Assembly (NCBI RefSeq): GCF_004010195.1
Contig: NC_057718.1
Span: 3,011,436 to 3,075,435 of the forward strand
DNA from: Chiloscyllium plagiosum
Lineage: Eukaryota
Length of the DNA: 64,000 bases
Reading direction: 5' to 3'
Below, piece after piece: positions 13,222-25,289 of the stretch. The notes under the pieces were generated by a model. The model had not been told where the DNA came from, did no database searches, and was given only the letters and a program-made list of their open reading frames with translations. Each line of letters begins with the position of its first letter. Position 1 is the stretch's first letter. Made by a program: the position numbers and the translations under genes.

Positions 13222-15767
13222 CTGTTAGGGGAAAGAAATCTCACTTAGAAATCATCAAACTTCGGATAAAAAAGCAGAATATTAAAATCTCGTAAAGCCT
13301 TTTGTGGACGGAAGAGCAAGAACCAAAATAAGAGCAAATAACCATGAATTTATATCTTAGAGTCATTGAGACATAAAGATCAACAGAACAGAGAAAAGGC
13401 ATTGAACCCACCACATCCACACCTGTCAAAAACAACTTCCTCACGATTAGAATCCCACTTTCCCAAACATGGTACATAGCATTGAATGAGGTGGTGTCAC
13501 AAGTGAACATCCAAATAATTATTCAATCTGCTCTCCCACCCTGCCAGACAGTGAGTTCCAGAGACCCACCACCCTCTGGGTGATTCCATATTTCCCCAAC
13601 TTTCCCCAAATCTCCTCTAAACGTTCTGCACCGAACTTGAAATCTATGTCCCTGGTCATTCATCCCTCTCTCACAGGGAAACATCAATCTCTGTCTAGAT
13701 TTTCTCTGCCCCTCATAATTTTGTATATCTCCCTGTCCCCTCTAAATGTCCTCTGCTCTAAGAAAAACAACCCCAGTTTGTCTTGTATCTTATATCTTGC
13801 TGTGTAATTCTAATAAGATGAAAAATATATAATTCTATTCCTCCATCTCTCTACACCCTCTATACAACCCACAGTATCAAGTGCCCCATCGATCATCATC
13901 CCATCCCCAATTCCCTATCTAATGGAAACTCTGTCTGAAGACAATCATGCAGTCTGCTTTCTCCTGGATGGTGTCAAGCTTCTGAGTGCATTTGGAGCTG
14001 TAACCATGCAGGCAAGTTTTACAAATATGTGTTAAAATTCATTTTCTGATGAAGGACGGATTCCTCAGAAATGAGATATCTTGTCTCCAGCACTTACATT
14101 TTCCCTCTCAGACTCACAGAATCACAGAATTGTTACGATGCAGATGAAACAACAGAAGATCCAGTAGTAAGAAGAGGCCATTCAGCTACTTGAGCCTGCT
14201 CCACCAGTTAAAACCATCATGGCTGATCTCATCTTGGCCTTAAGTCCACTTTCCTGCCCACTGTCCATAACCTTTCAACCCATGGTAATTAAATATCTGT
14301 CCATTTCCTCCTTAACTTTGCTCAGTGTCCCAACATCCACCATACTCTGGAGCAGTGAACTCGCACATTCATGACACTTTGAGGAAATCATTTCTCCTCA
14401 ACTCTGTTTTAAATCAGCCACCTCTTAACTTAAAACAATGATCTTTAATTTGAGATTGCCTCACAAGAGGAACCAAATACCTTGAGTCTCCTTTGCCAAT
14501 CCCCTTCTGTACTTTATATACACCCATTAGATCTCATCTCATTCTACTGAACTCCAGAGAGTATCAACCTAAATTGCTCAATCTGTCTTTATAAGGCAAG
14601 CATTTCATCTCTGGAATCAATCTCATGAACCTTCTCTGACTTCCTCCAATACAACTACGTCCATCCTCAAATAAGGGACTGAAATTATCTGCAATCGGAC
14701 GTGGTCTCAGTAATGCCTTGTACTTTTCATTATCTTTTCATTGTCACTGCTCATAAAGTTTTCATGCACTTTAACATTTTGAGTTGATAACATAAATCAA
14801 ATAATTTTAACTATGACTCTCTGACTGCAATATGTAAACTAATGGAATTGTTTTTACTTTCTTGTTTATGTTTTTGAAACGGCCATGATATGTTCTAACT
14901 CTTGTCCTTTCTGTACTGTAAGGTTAACTTTGAGGTCTGTTTATGCTTAGAATATGTTGCCAAGTTTTGTTGAGTTTTATAGTAGATACAGTTTTGTAAG
15001 TGTAATTCAGCTGAGTATCATTTCAAACACTTTAGCTTTTCTTAGGATTATTCACTCAAAAGCTCGATGAATCTGAATCCACCTCTCACACAGAGAGTTC
15101 TCATTTCACTCCAATGCCCTTCTTGAAATCCCATGTTATCAATTGTCATATGACAAGAAGCTTTCCCTCTGATTTGTCATTCCAGGTTTTGACAAAAGAG
15201 AATTGCACAAAGATTACAATAAAAGATGACCATTAATATAACCAGTCCATATTGTTTACAAAAACAGAAATTGCTGGAAGAGCTCAGCAGGTCTTGCAGT
15301 GTCTGGGGAGAGAAATCAGAGTTAATGTTATAGGTCAAATGACCTTTCCTCAGAATTCCTCAGTCCATATTGGTCCTTCCCACCATGTTTGTAAAGACAT
15401 CAATGCATCATTATCCATCCAACTCCTACATCCCTTCAATAATGTTCCCTCATTCACTTAGCTCTCCCAGTGTCAATTTAGATGTTTGTCAATAAGATTC
15501 TAATTTCCTGATTTGTATCTTACTCCTGTTTAGAACAACAAAAGTATTTGCTAAAACACTCTGCTGTTGCCCTGGTGTGTTATGAGCTTGTGAACATGAA
15601 ACTTAACTATTGCCCAATTTGAAGCTGCTTTCTGTTTTTATCTGTAATTTCTCATTCACAACTCTTCTCTTTATCACAGAGGAAACTTCAATTATAATAT
15701 TATTTCAACAAAGTAACCTTTAACTGTTTTCCACAAGAAGTTTAACTGCCAGTCTGCTTTAAGGTTG

Positions 15768-17142
15768 TAAGACCAGATGATATAGGAGCAGGAGTAGGCT
15801 ATTCGGCCCCTTGAAATTGCACCACCATTCCAAGGGATCATGGTTGATCCAACAATCCTCACATCCAATTTACTGCCCTTTCCCAATAACCCGTGATTCG
15901 CCTCATTCTCAACCTTAAATATACACAAGGACTCCACTCCAACAGCTCTCTGTAGCAAGGAGTTCCAAAGAGTCTCCAGTGCTCTGAGAGAAGAAATTTC
16001 TCCTCATTTCTGTCTTAAATTGAAGTTCCTTTATTCTAAGATTATATCCTCTGGTCCTAAACTCTCCCATGAGAGGAAACATCTTGTCAGCATCTACCCT
16101 GACAATCTGCTTAAGAATGCTATATGTTTCAATGAGATCACCTCTCATTCTTCTAAATTCCAGTGAGTAGAGTCACAACCTGTTTAATCTTTGCTCAGAA
16201 GACAATCCGTTCATACCAGGGATCAACTGTGTGAACTTTCTTTGAACTGCTTCCAATGAAATGATATCTTTTCTCAAATAAGGAAGCAAAACTGCTGGTA
16301 GTGCATTAGATGTAATTTCACCAGCAGTTTGAATATGTACAATAAAATCTTCATACTCCCTCATTCTCCATACCCCTTAAAGTAAGAGCCAACACCGATT
16401 ATCATACCTGCTGCTGCTGTGTTGTAGCTTTCTGTGTTTTGTGCACAAGCTCCCCCCATATCCCTTTGTGTTGCAGCCTTCAGCAGTTTTTTCCTGGGTT
16501 CAGTAACTTGTACTTAAGACCATAAGACAGACCATAAGACATAGGAGTAGAAGTAAGGCCATTTGGCCCATCGAGTCCACTCCACCATTCAATCATGGCT
16601 GATGGGCATTTCAACTCCACTTACCCGCATTCTCTTCGTAGCCCTTAATTCCTTGTGACATCAAGAATTTATCAATCTCTGCCTTGAAGACATTTAGCGT
16701 CCCGGCCTCCACTGCACTCCGCGGCAATGAATTCCACAGGCCCACCACTCTCTGGCTGAAGAAATGTCTCCGCATTTCTGTTCTGAATTTACCCCCTCTA
16801 ATTCTAATGCTGTGTCCACAGGTCCTAGTCTCCTTGCCTAACGGAAACAATTTCCTAGCGTCCACCCTTTCCAAGCCATGTATTATCTTGTAAGTTTCTA
16901 TTAGATCTCCCCTGAATTTTCTAAACTCCAATAAAACAATTCCAGGATCCTCAGCCATTCCTCGTATGTTGGACCTACCATTCCAGGGATCATCCGTGTG
17001 AATCTCCGCTGGACATGCTCCAGTGCCAACATGTCCTTCATGAGGTGTGGGGCCCAAACCTGGACACAGTACTCCAAATGGGGCCTAACCAGAGCTTTAT
17101 AAAGTCTCAGTAGCACAACGGTGCTTTTATATTCCAACCCTC
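15768..17142 (-). mobile_element. Two adjacent CR1 3' fragments in intron 1 of the VJ gene
   Basis: RGDLIETY, RPHLEYCVQ and FFSQRVV motifs; (ccataaga)n tail at 16517. Confidence 0.85.
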
Positions 17143-17724
17143 TTGCATCACAACCAATTACAAAGGAGGTCACATGAGTGATATTCATTGAAAGGTCAAT
17201 GACATGTGCTGATAAGGACAGTTCCCACCAGCTTTAACAGTCAGTTCCACAGTCTCACCACTCCCCATGGAAACACATTCCTCCCAAGTTATTCATTTGA
17301 TCTGACTTCTTTTCATGTTACTTTTCTTTTTATACTGACATTCCAGTGAAAACAGCTTCTCTGTATCCACCCTCATGATTTATTCCCTCTTTTACAAATG
17401 TCCAGGCTCATTTTGTTGATGAAATTAGTCCCAGTGCACCCAGTGCCAGCTGACAACCAGAGTATGTGTTCAATCTAAACACAACAAAGCACGGAAAGGA
17501 ACAGTTCCATTCCAGAAATCCAAGTGAACAATGTCTTGCCTGTCAGAAATACACACAATGAAGCAGAAGAAGCTGAAACACAGATCACAGGGAATAGACA
17601 ATTTGGAATTTAACAATAGAGCTGAGGCCCTCCAAGACACAGAAAAACCAAACACGAGACACTATCAGTAACACAAACCAGGGTAACTCTCACTGAGGTC
17701 AAATCAAACAGAACCCAAACTCAC

Positions 17725-17776
17725 CAGCTTCAGCAGAGAAAGTCAATGTGGTCACAAGGAGAATAATACGGAATAT
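17725..17776 (-). CDS. Signal-peptide (leader) exon of the VJ-TM gene; start codon appears as ATA
   Basis: Translates (I/M)FRIILLVTTLTFSAEA: hydrophobic core plus an A-x-A cleavage motif. Ends in a consensus phase-1 donor G|gtgagt that matches the V exon acceptor. ATA sits in an aaaATA context, with an in-frame TAG at 17786-17788 just upstream and no ATG. Confidence 0.75.
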
Positions 17777-17894
17777 TTTGGATGACTATACTATGAAATG
17801 ACAATGCAGTTTATCCACACTGTGTGATGTTCCAGTGTACAATGTGTCAAAGTGGAAATGGCAGACTTTCTTTCTGACTTGGGCAATCACACTG

Positions 17895-17945
17895 AACTGT
17901 AGAGGAAATACAAACCAGCCAATAGGGATCCTGACCAATGAGGGT
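17895..17945 (-). promoter_or_regulatory. Candidate proximal promoter of the VJ-TM gene
   Basis: Two CCAAT boxes (17919-17923, 17935-17939; ATTGG on the gene strand) and a GAGGAA ETS/PU-box-like motif (~17902-17907), about 125-165 bp upstream of the leader in non-repetitive sequence. Confidence 0.3.
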
Positions 17946-18304
17946 AAGAGTGAAGGGAGGTTTACACAGCCATCTCAGAGGTTTCAGCTTCACAGAGTAA
18001 GTGTTGGAGCAGTTGTTGCACAGGAACTAACACAGAAAGTAACAGAGCAAAGCCACCTGTCCTTTCATCAAAGTGGAATATAATTCAATCATTGTAAATT
18101 CAGTTTGTTGCAATGAACCAGTGACTCACTGACTCCCATCAGTTTGTCCGGCATCAGTGGAAACTGATTGCTCTGTTTTAGAGTCTTGAAACTTCCTGAA
18201 AACTACAGAGCTGGGGCATTCTGAAACACCCACCCATGGAGAGAGCAGACAGTCAATATGCCTGTCTCATACCTTCAATAAGACAAGAAACAAAAAGGAA
18301 CTTA

Positions 18305-19240
18305 GATTCATAGGGTCATACAGTTGTACGGCACGGAAACAGGCCCTTCAGTCCAACTCGCCCATGCCAACCAGACATCCTAAATTAATTTTGTCCCATT
18401 TGCCAGTATTTGGCCCATATTTCTCTCAACCCTTTGTATTCACATACCCATCAGGTGCCTTTTAAATGTTGTAACTGTACCAGCCTCCGCCACTTCCTCT
18501 GGCAATTCATTCTATACATGCACTACCCTCAGCGTGAAAAGGTTGCCCTTTATGTCCATTTCCTATTTGTTCCCCTCCCACCTTAAACCTGTGCCCTCTA
18601 GTTTTAGACTCCATCACCCCAGGGAAAAGACCTCACTATTCACCCTATCCATGCCCCTCATGATTTTATAAAGCTCTATAAAGTCAACCCTCAGCCTCCA
18701 GCACTTCAAGAAAATTAGCCCCAGTTTATTCAGCCTCTTGCTATAGCTCAACTCCTCTAACCCTGGCAACATTTTTGTCAATCTTTTCTGAATCCTTTCC
18801 TATTTTACAACATCCTTCTTATAGCAAGGAGATCAGAATTGCACACAATATTCTAACAGTGGCCTAACCAATGTCCTGTACAGCTGCAACATGAACTCCC
18901 AACTCCTATACGCAACACATTGGCCAATAAAGGCAAGTACTGACTTCTTCATTAACCTGTCTAGCTGTGACTCCATTTTCAAGTAACTATGAACCTGCAT
19001 TCCAAGGTCTCTTTGTTCAGCAGCACTCTCCAGGACTTTACCATTAAGTGTATAAGTCCTACCTTGATTTGCCTTCACAAAATGCAGCAGCTCATATTTA
19101 TCGAAATTAAACTCCATCTGCCACTCTTCGGAACATCAGCCCATCTGATCGAGATCCCATTGTACTGTAACGTAAACTTCTTCACTGTCCACTGCACTTC
19201 CAATTTTCATGTCATCTGCAAGCTTACTAACCATGCCTCT
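18305..19240 (-). mobile_element. CR1 LINE 3' fragment
   Basis: MEFNFDKYELLHF..LYRTLVRPLLEYCVQF. Confidence 0.85.
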
Positions 19241-19254
19241 GTATTTAGCTAGCC

Positions 19255-19600
19255 CCTTTCCCACCCTCAGCAATGTCAAGGCACCTTATAACCATGAAGG
19301 ACATCTTTGAAAGTGCACTCACTGTTGTTCTACAGGGAATGATGTAGGTACTTCCCAAATATTCAGTTCCCACCAACAACAAAGACACAATGCCCAGACC
19401 ATCTGTTGATTGAAGGTCAATATTGGTCAGGATACTAGGGCAATCTCTCTTGCCTTTCTTCAACATAGTGCCAGCTGAAGATCAACTCTGTCCACCTGAA
19501 AGGGCAGCCCTGGCCTGGGGAAACATTGCCTCAGAAAGGCTGTGCCTCTAACAGTGAGACACAACCTCAACACTGCCCTGGTGCTGGTATTTTTGGATAG
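19255..19600 (-). mobile_element. Old Deu-domain SINE (SacSINE1/AmnSINE-like)
   Basis: Degenerate match, recalled from the consensus, to the reverse complement of the Deu core (aatattggtcagga..tcttcaacatagtgcca..tccacctgaaagggcag). Confidence 0.6.
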
Positions 19601-20874
19601 ACTGCTGGGGCAGCCCAGTCAGTTCTGAACAACAATCAGAAAGATGCACAGTAGTGAAACAACACAGGGTTTAATGTATCCAATCGATTCTCCTCAGAAT
19701 GCAGGTGAATGTCTTTGTGAGTGGATGGACAGAATTCTCTCTCCCTCTGATGTACAGGAAGCCTGTTCTATCAAAAAGCTGATGTGTTGTTTCTCTCCGT
19801 TTCCCTGTCTTGTTTCTTGTTTCCTTGCCTGAGGCAGGGTGAACCTCAGGTTAAACCCCCACTAGTATCTCTCTCTCCTCCTCCCTTTCTCTCTCTGTCT
19901 CTGTCTGTCTCTCTCTCTCTCCGTCTCTCTTTCCAATGAAGGAGCATTCCTATGGTCTAGTCAGGCTAAGGTGATGATACTTAAGGGAAAGGACTGAGGG
20001 AGTTCTTGAATGTGTTCTCTGATGAGAGTCAGCCCCTTTGTGAGATGGCATATCGAGAGAAAATGCTGAGACAATTGGAAACAAATTGATTATCATCAAT
20101 ACCTTTCACACAAAACAATCCGACTGTCATCTGATAAGTGGAAGAGAGGTGAAAATCATTGGTTTGTGGGCAGGTGATTGCTGCTCTTTTAAAATTCTTG
20201 CCTTATCCCTGAATTTCCAGGAGACCTGTTGGCTGAATAGTTCTTTGTATTGTGTTGGACCAACATTATCTCACACAGTGACCCTGATGTTGACATGGGG
20301 CTGAGAGACCGGTGATAACTGACAGCATCGAGGGTCACATAGGAACAGATACAGCAGAAAGCTGACCCCATTGCAGGCAGCTGGCGAGTTGGAGAGGGAA
20401 GTCTGCTGGGGCCAAAAAGGAAATAATTACACATTTTGGACAACAGCTTCACAATATGACCTGATAGAATTTATCGAATTAAACATGGATAGGCCTAAAT
20501 ACTCATGATGTCAAACAGCCACAATAAGCAAAGGGAAATAAATGTGTAAACATTGTGGTTTCTGTATACAGATGAACATACCGGCATGCAAACAGACAGA
20601 CAAACAAGAAACAAGAGTAGACAACTCAGTCCATCAAGCCAGTAAATTGCTGCCATATCTATTTTCACCAATTTCCCACATGACCTGAATTCCGTTCTCA
20701 CTTTTTAATCCTCTGCAAAGGGTTCAGTCCTGCATTCACCTGTTTATCCTCAAGTGCAGCTTGCTCAGTTCACATTATGTTTGGACTGGTCCCCAGTTGG
20801 TTCTGATTACCAGTGTGATAGCTCCAAATGGTGGTGGTCCCAAGTGAGAAAGAATGAACTGACACCTCTTCCTA

Positions 20875-21265
20875 ATGTTGTGGTTCTGTTTGCCGAGCTG
20901 GAAGTTTTTGTTTCAAATGTTTCGTCCCCTGGCTAGACGACATCATCAGTGCTTGGGAGCCTCCTGCGAAGCGCTTCTTTGATGTTTCCTCCGGTGTTTT
21001 TAGTGGTCTCTCCCTGCCGCTTCCGGTTGTCAGGTTCAGCTGTCCGCTGTAGTGGTTGGTATATTGGGTCCAGGTCGATGTGTTTGTTGATGGAGTTTGT
21101 GGATGAATGCCATGCCTCTAGGAATTCCCTGGCTGTTCTCTGTCTGGCTTGCCCTATGATAGTAGTGTTGTCCCAGTCGAATTCATGTTGCTTGTTGTCT
21201 GCGTGTGTGGCTACTAAGGATAGCTGGTCGTGTCGTTTCGTGGCTAGTTGATGCTCACATATGCG
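20875..21265 (-). mobile_element. Penelope-like element 3' end (GIY-YIG C-terminus plus terminal repeat)
   Basis: EHQLATKRHDQLSLVATHADNKQHEFDWDNTTIIGQARQRTAREFLEAWHS; hammerhead core at 20915-20949. Confidence 0.85.
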
Positions 21266-21289
21266 GCTAATACAAAAGGTGAAGTCACG

Positions 21290-21950
21290 TGGTGAGCTGG
21301 TAAAATGAATACAGAATTGGCTTGGTCATAGAAGACACAGAGTAGTGATGAAAGAGTATTTGTCAGACTGGAGATCTGTGACCTGTCATGTTCTGCAGGA
21401 ACCAGAGCTGGGACCCCTGTTGTTTGTAAGATATACAAATGAACTCAAGAATGTAGGTGGCCAGATCAGTAAGTTTGTGGACAACACAAAGAATGGGGGA
21501 GTTGCAGATAGTGAGGTGAATTGTCAGAGGATACAGCAGGATATAGATTAGCTGGAGACTTGGATGGAGAAATGGCAGATGGAGTTTAATCTGACAAATG
21601 CAAGGTGATGCAGTTTGGGAGATCTAATGCAGGAGGGAAGTACAGTAAACAATAATGATAGAACCATTTGTAGCATCAACATATAGAGGAATGGAGATGT
21701 ATAGGTCTGAAAGTAACAATACAAATGGATAAGGTGGTTAAGATAAGGCATATGGCTTGCTAGCCTTCATTAGTTGGAATACAGAGTATAAAAATTGGCA
21801 GGTCACCTTTCTCTTGTAAAGAACTTTAGTTCAGTCACATTTGGAATATTGTATACAGTTCTGGTTGTCACAGGACCAAAAGGATGTAAATTTTAGAGAG
21901 AGTACAGAAGCAGTTTACCAGGAAGTTGCCTGATTTGGAGGGTATTCACA
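21290..21950 (+). mobile_element. CR1 RT fragment
   Basis: SDWRSVT..LGPLLF..SKFVDNTK..IQQDID. Confidence 0.8.
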
Positions 21951-22704
21951 AACTTTGAACCTCTTCCTAATTCACCTCCTCTCTTGGTTGGTCACAATAA
22001 GATTAACTTTAAAAGGAGGCCTTACCTTATGGTTATTTTTCATCAGCCCAAATGCATTTCTGTTTTTAAGGAATCCAAATTAATCTGGTTTCTTTATTAG
22101 CAACTAACCATGGACAAAGATTGCAAAAGACAGACACAGGGATGGTAACAATTAAAAAGATATCTAGACCAGTCTCTGGGTTTGGTGCACAGTAAGGTCA
22201 ATGTAAAGTCGTCCTATTCCCAGAAAGCCATAGTTCCAGAAAACTGCTCTCATTAGAGACAGGGAGACGACTGATGTGGGTTTAACCTGAAGGTCACTAT
22301 ATCTCATGTCAGAGGAGAGGTTGAGGAGATGGGAGCTGCCTGGTAACCTTTGGCTCCTTGGGAATTGAAATTACGCTGTTGATGTTGCTGTACATGGTAA
22401 ACCAGCACCCAGTCAACTGAGCTAACCAACAATACACTCCCTCTCCCCTCATCATTCCACCTTTGAAAAGTCAATGGTGAAACCGCATGGCTGTTTTAAA
22501 CAAAGAAACAAAGAACAGTTCAGCACAAGAACAGAACCTTCAGCTCACCAAGATTGCAAAAACAAATGATGCTTTTCTAAACTAAAAGCCTTTTGCTTCT
22601 CTGGTCTCTACTCCCTGCCTCTTCAGGTAACAGATAAATGGCAGCCTCAATGGATTGGTGGGCCTCCGGAACTGAGAGCAATAGAGTTGCTGTGTTTTCT
22701 TTAC

Positions 22705-23045
22705 CTGTTGTGTAGGGGTGTCTAATTACTGTTCTCAAACTGTGATGTTTGCAGGACTGGACTCCACATTAGCACATCAACCATGAACGCACACAAACCA
22801 ATGATAGTAGTTGCCTGTTAATTCCTTTGGAGTATATTTCTGGAATCGTAAATCCCAAAATGCCTGCAGTTCAGGACATAACCCATAGCAATCGCTGAAA
22901 GGAGTAGTCACTCCCATTCTCTCTGTACCAGAGGATTTTGCTGAGCTTTGAATTGTATTTTTCTTTTTGCTGTTGGTAGTTCCCTGACACCTTTACTTGT
23001 GTCCTGTTGATGGTGATCAGGCTTTGGGAAGTGAGGAGGTGTGTT
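22705..23045 (-). pseudogene. Degenerate Ig-superfamily-like exon, 5' end cut by CR1
   Basis: KILWYRENGSDY, then after a frameshift DLRFQKYTPKELTGNYYH..*CANVESSPANITV, ending at a G|gtaaag donor. WYR, L.F.....TG.YY and SSPANITV resemble Ig C, E-F and G strands, but the canonical cysteines are not intact. Confidence 0.4.
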
Positions 23046-24255
23046 TCACCAAAACTGTGCACAGTGTTCCAGGTATGGTCTTACAAAGGTCCTATAAAGC
23101 TGCAGCAAGGCACATCTGCACCTGTACAAAAATCGTCTTGCCATGAAAGCAAACATACCATTTGTCTTTCTTTCAGTAATTGGTGTACAAGGAGACCTAG
23201 CTCTCATTGCTCCTCTCCCTTTCCCCAATCTATCATCCTTCAGATTACAATGTGCCTTCCTGAATAACCTCACATCTATCCACATTATCCTGCATCTGCA
23301 ATGCAGTTGTCCACTCACTCAAATTATCCAATTCACATTGAAGCATCTCTGCATCCTCCTCACAGCTCATCCTCCAATGCAGCTTTGTGTTATCTGCAAA
23401 CTAGGAGATATTACATTTAGTTTTCTCATCCACATCATTGAAACAAATTGTGAATACCTGAAGTCCTAGCATGGATCTCTGCAGTACCCGCTAGTCTGCG
23501 ATTTGGAGAATGATGTTTATTCCTTCTTCTTCTTTCCTTTGCCAACCTATTTTCCATCTGTGGATCCCCAAATCCATGTGTGTTGATTTTACTTGTTTCT
23601 TTTCCGTGGGACTATATTGAAAGCTTTCTGAAAGTTATTGTGGTGAGGTGCAAGCTTGAATCAACAGCAAAGAAGCAAAAGGGAATTGAAACGAAGAAAA
23701 AGATAACAACTCATCAAATATCTAATTGGTACTTTAGATGGGGTTCCCTGATTTTTTTTCTTCCTTTTCTGCCCTTAATAGTCAAGTCTTAGAGTCATAG
23801 AGTCATAGAGATGTACAGCATGTAAATAGACTCTTCGATTTAACTTGTCCATGCTGACCAGATATCCTAAATTAAACTCATCACATTTGCCAGCATTGGC
23901 CCATATTCCTGTAAACCCTTCAGATAGGTGTATCTGTCTGTACCTATCCCCACCCAGATACCTTTAAAATGATGTAATTGTACCTGCCTCCATCACTTGC
24001 TCTGGTAGTTCATTCCATACATGCACCACATACATGAATGTGTTGCCCTTTCGGTTCCTTTTAAATCTCTTCCCTCTCGCCTTGAACTTATATCCTTTAC
24101 TTTTGAACTTTCCTATGCTGGTAAAAAGAGCTTGGCTGTTCACCTGAGTCACATCCCTCGTGATTTTATAAACTTCTAAAGGTCACTCCTCTGCCTCTGA
24201 TGTTTCGTGGAAAATAGCCCCAATCTATTCAGCCTCTCCCTATAGCTCAAATATC
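23045..24255 (-). mobile_element. Two CR1 fragments
   Basis: LLQLYRTFVRPYLEHCAQFW; WNELPEQVMEAGTI; catagagt tail at ~23790. Confidence 0.8.
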
Positions 24256-24974
24256 TTGCCTACTTGTGTAACTGCCTTCTCATGGGACAGGAGAAATTCA
24301 AACAGGGTATTAGAAATTATGTTTCCATTCTGTCTTTGGTTAAAACAAACAAGTTGCAATAAGTTTAAGTTTATCTTGATCAGTTCAGTAACCTGGTTTG
24401 TGTTTACATTTACCCTGAGTTCATTGGTCAGGAAAATTGGGGATATTGGAATGTTTGACTCAATCTTTCCCAATTGGGCCAACTCCAGGAATGGTGGGCT
24501 TGATTTCCAGGGAGTCATGGCAATGAATTTTAAGTAACCATGTTGCAATTATAACTTTAATGTATCTGTAAATAATCTGGGGATATGTTCCATTTTCATG
24601 ACAATTACTGCAGCCATTGTAACCACCTCTGTGTAATTCTCAGGGTAAATACACTGCGAACAAATCATAAACACAAATAATATCAGATTCACTTCATGGA
24701 AAGCCAACTCAGTAATGTCTGTTCACCAAAGGGTTAAAAAGAAGTTAAAGAGAAACTTTGAAAAAGAAGAAATGTTTCAAATTTCAGTCCCCATGGGAAA
24801 TGAGAGAACTGTGCTGAACTTCCTCTTTACTAACACTTTAACATCTTTAACCCATGAGAAACAAAAGATTAAAGAAGCTGCAGTTGGCATGGACACTTTG
24901 TGTTTTGATGTATTAACTGGATTTACAATAAATTGTGTGGACAAACAGGGCTGATACTCTCTTGAGATGTTCAG

Positions 24975-25181
24975 TGGAACTCGGTTTGCTGTGACCCTGT
25001 ATCTCTGTTTGCTTTAGAGAAAGTTAACTTGTTATAAAAGACCTTTCCATGGTTTGTGCTGCTGTGGAATTTATGTGAATTCTACAAGTTTGAATATTCA
25101 GAGCTAGAGGGGCATGCCACAAGGAGAATTTATCATTATCTGGAGATTGAGCACAGAGCTCCACAGGTTGGGAACACAGAC
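24975..25181 (-). pseudogene. Degenerate cytoplasmic-tail-like exon with ITIM-like motifs (copy 1)
   Basis: One frame reads SEYSNL*NSHKFHSSTNHGKVFYNKLTFSK (SEYSNL at 25085-25102, VFYNKL at 25025-25042). The acceptor is mutated to TG, and the 5' part is open only in a different frame. Paralog at 39.5-39.7 kb. Confidence 0.5.
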
Positions 25182-25289
25182 CAGAAAACAGAGTGTTCCT
25201 CCCATCCTTTGCTGTCATTTATTTTCTGGGAGAATGGGATTGAGGGACAGGCTGCACATTAAGGTGTGAATTTCAGGTGAATTGGATTA

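Noticed and set aside
24410-24655. Minus-strand acceptor (ttgttcgcag) followed by exon-like unique sequence
   Set aside because: Stops in all frames and no recognisable domain motif; cannot be supported as a coding relic.
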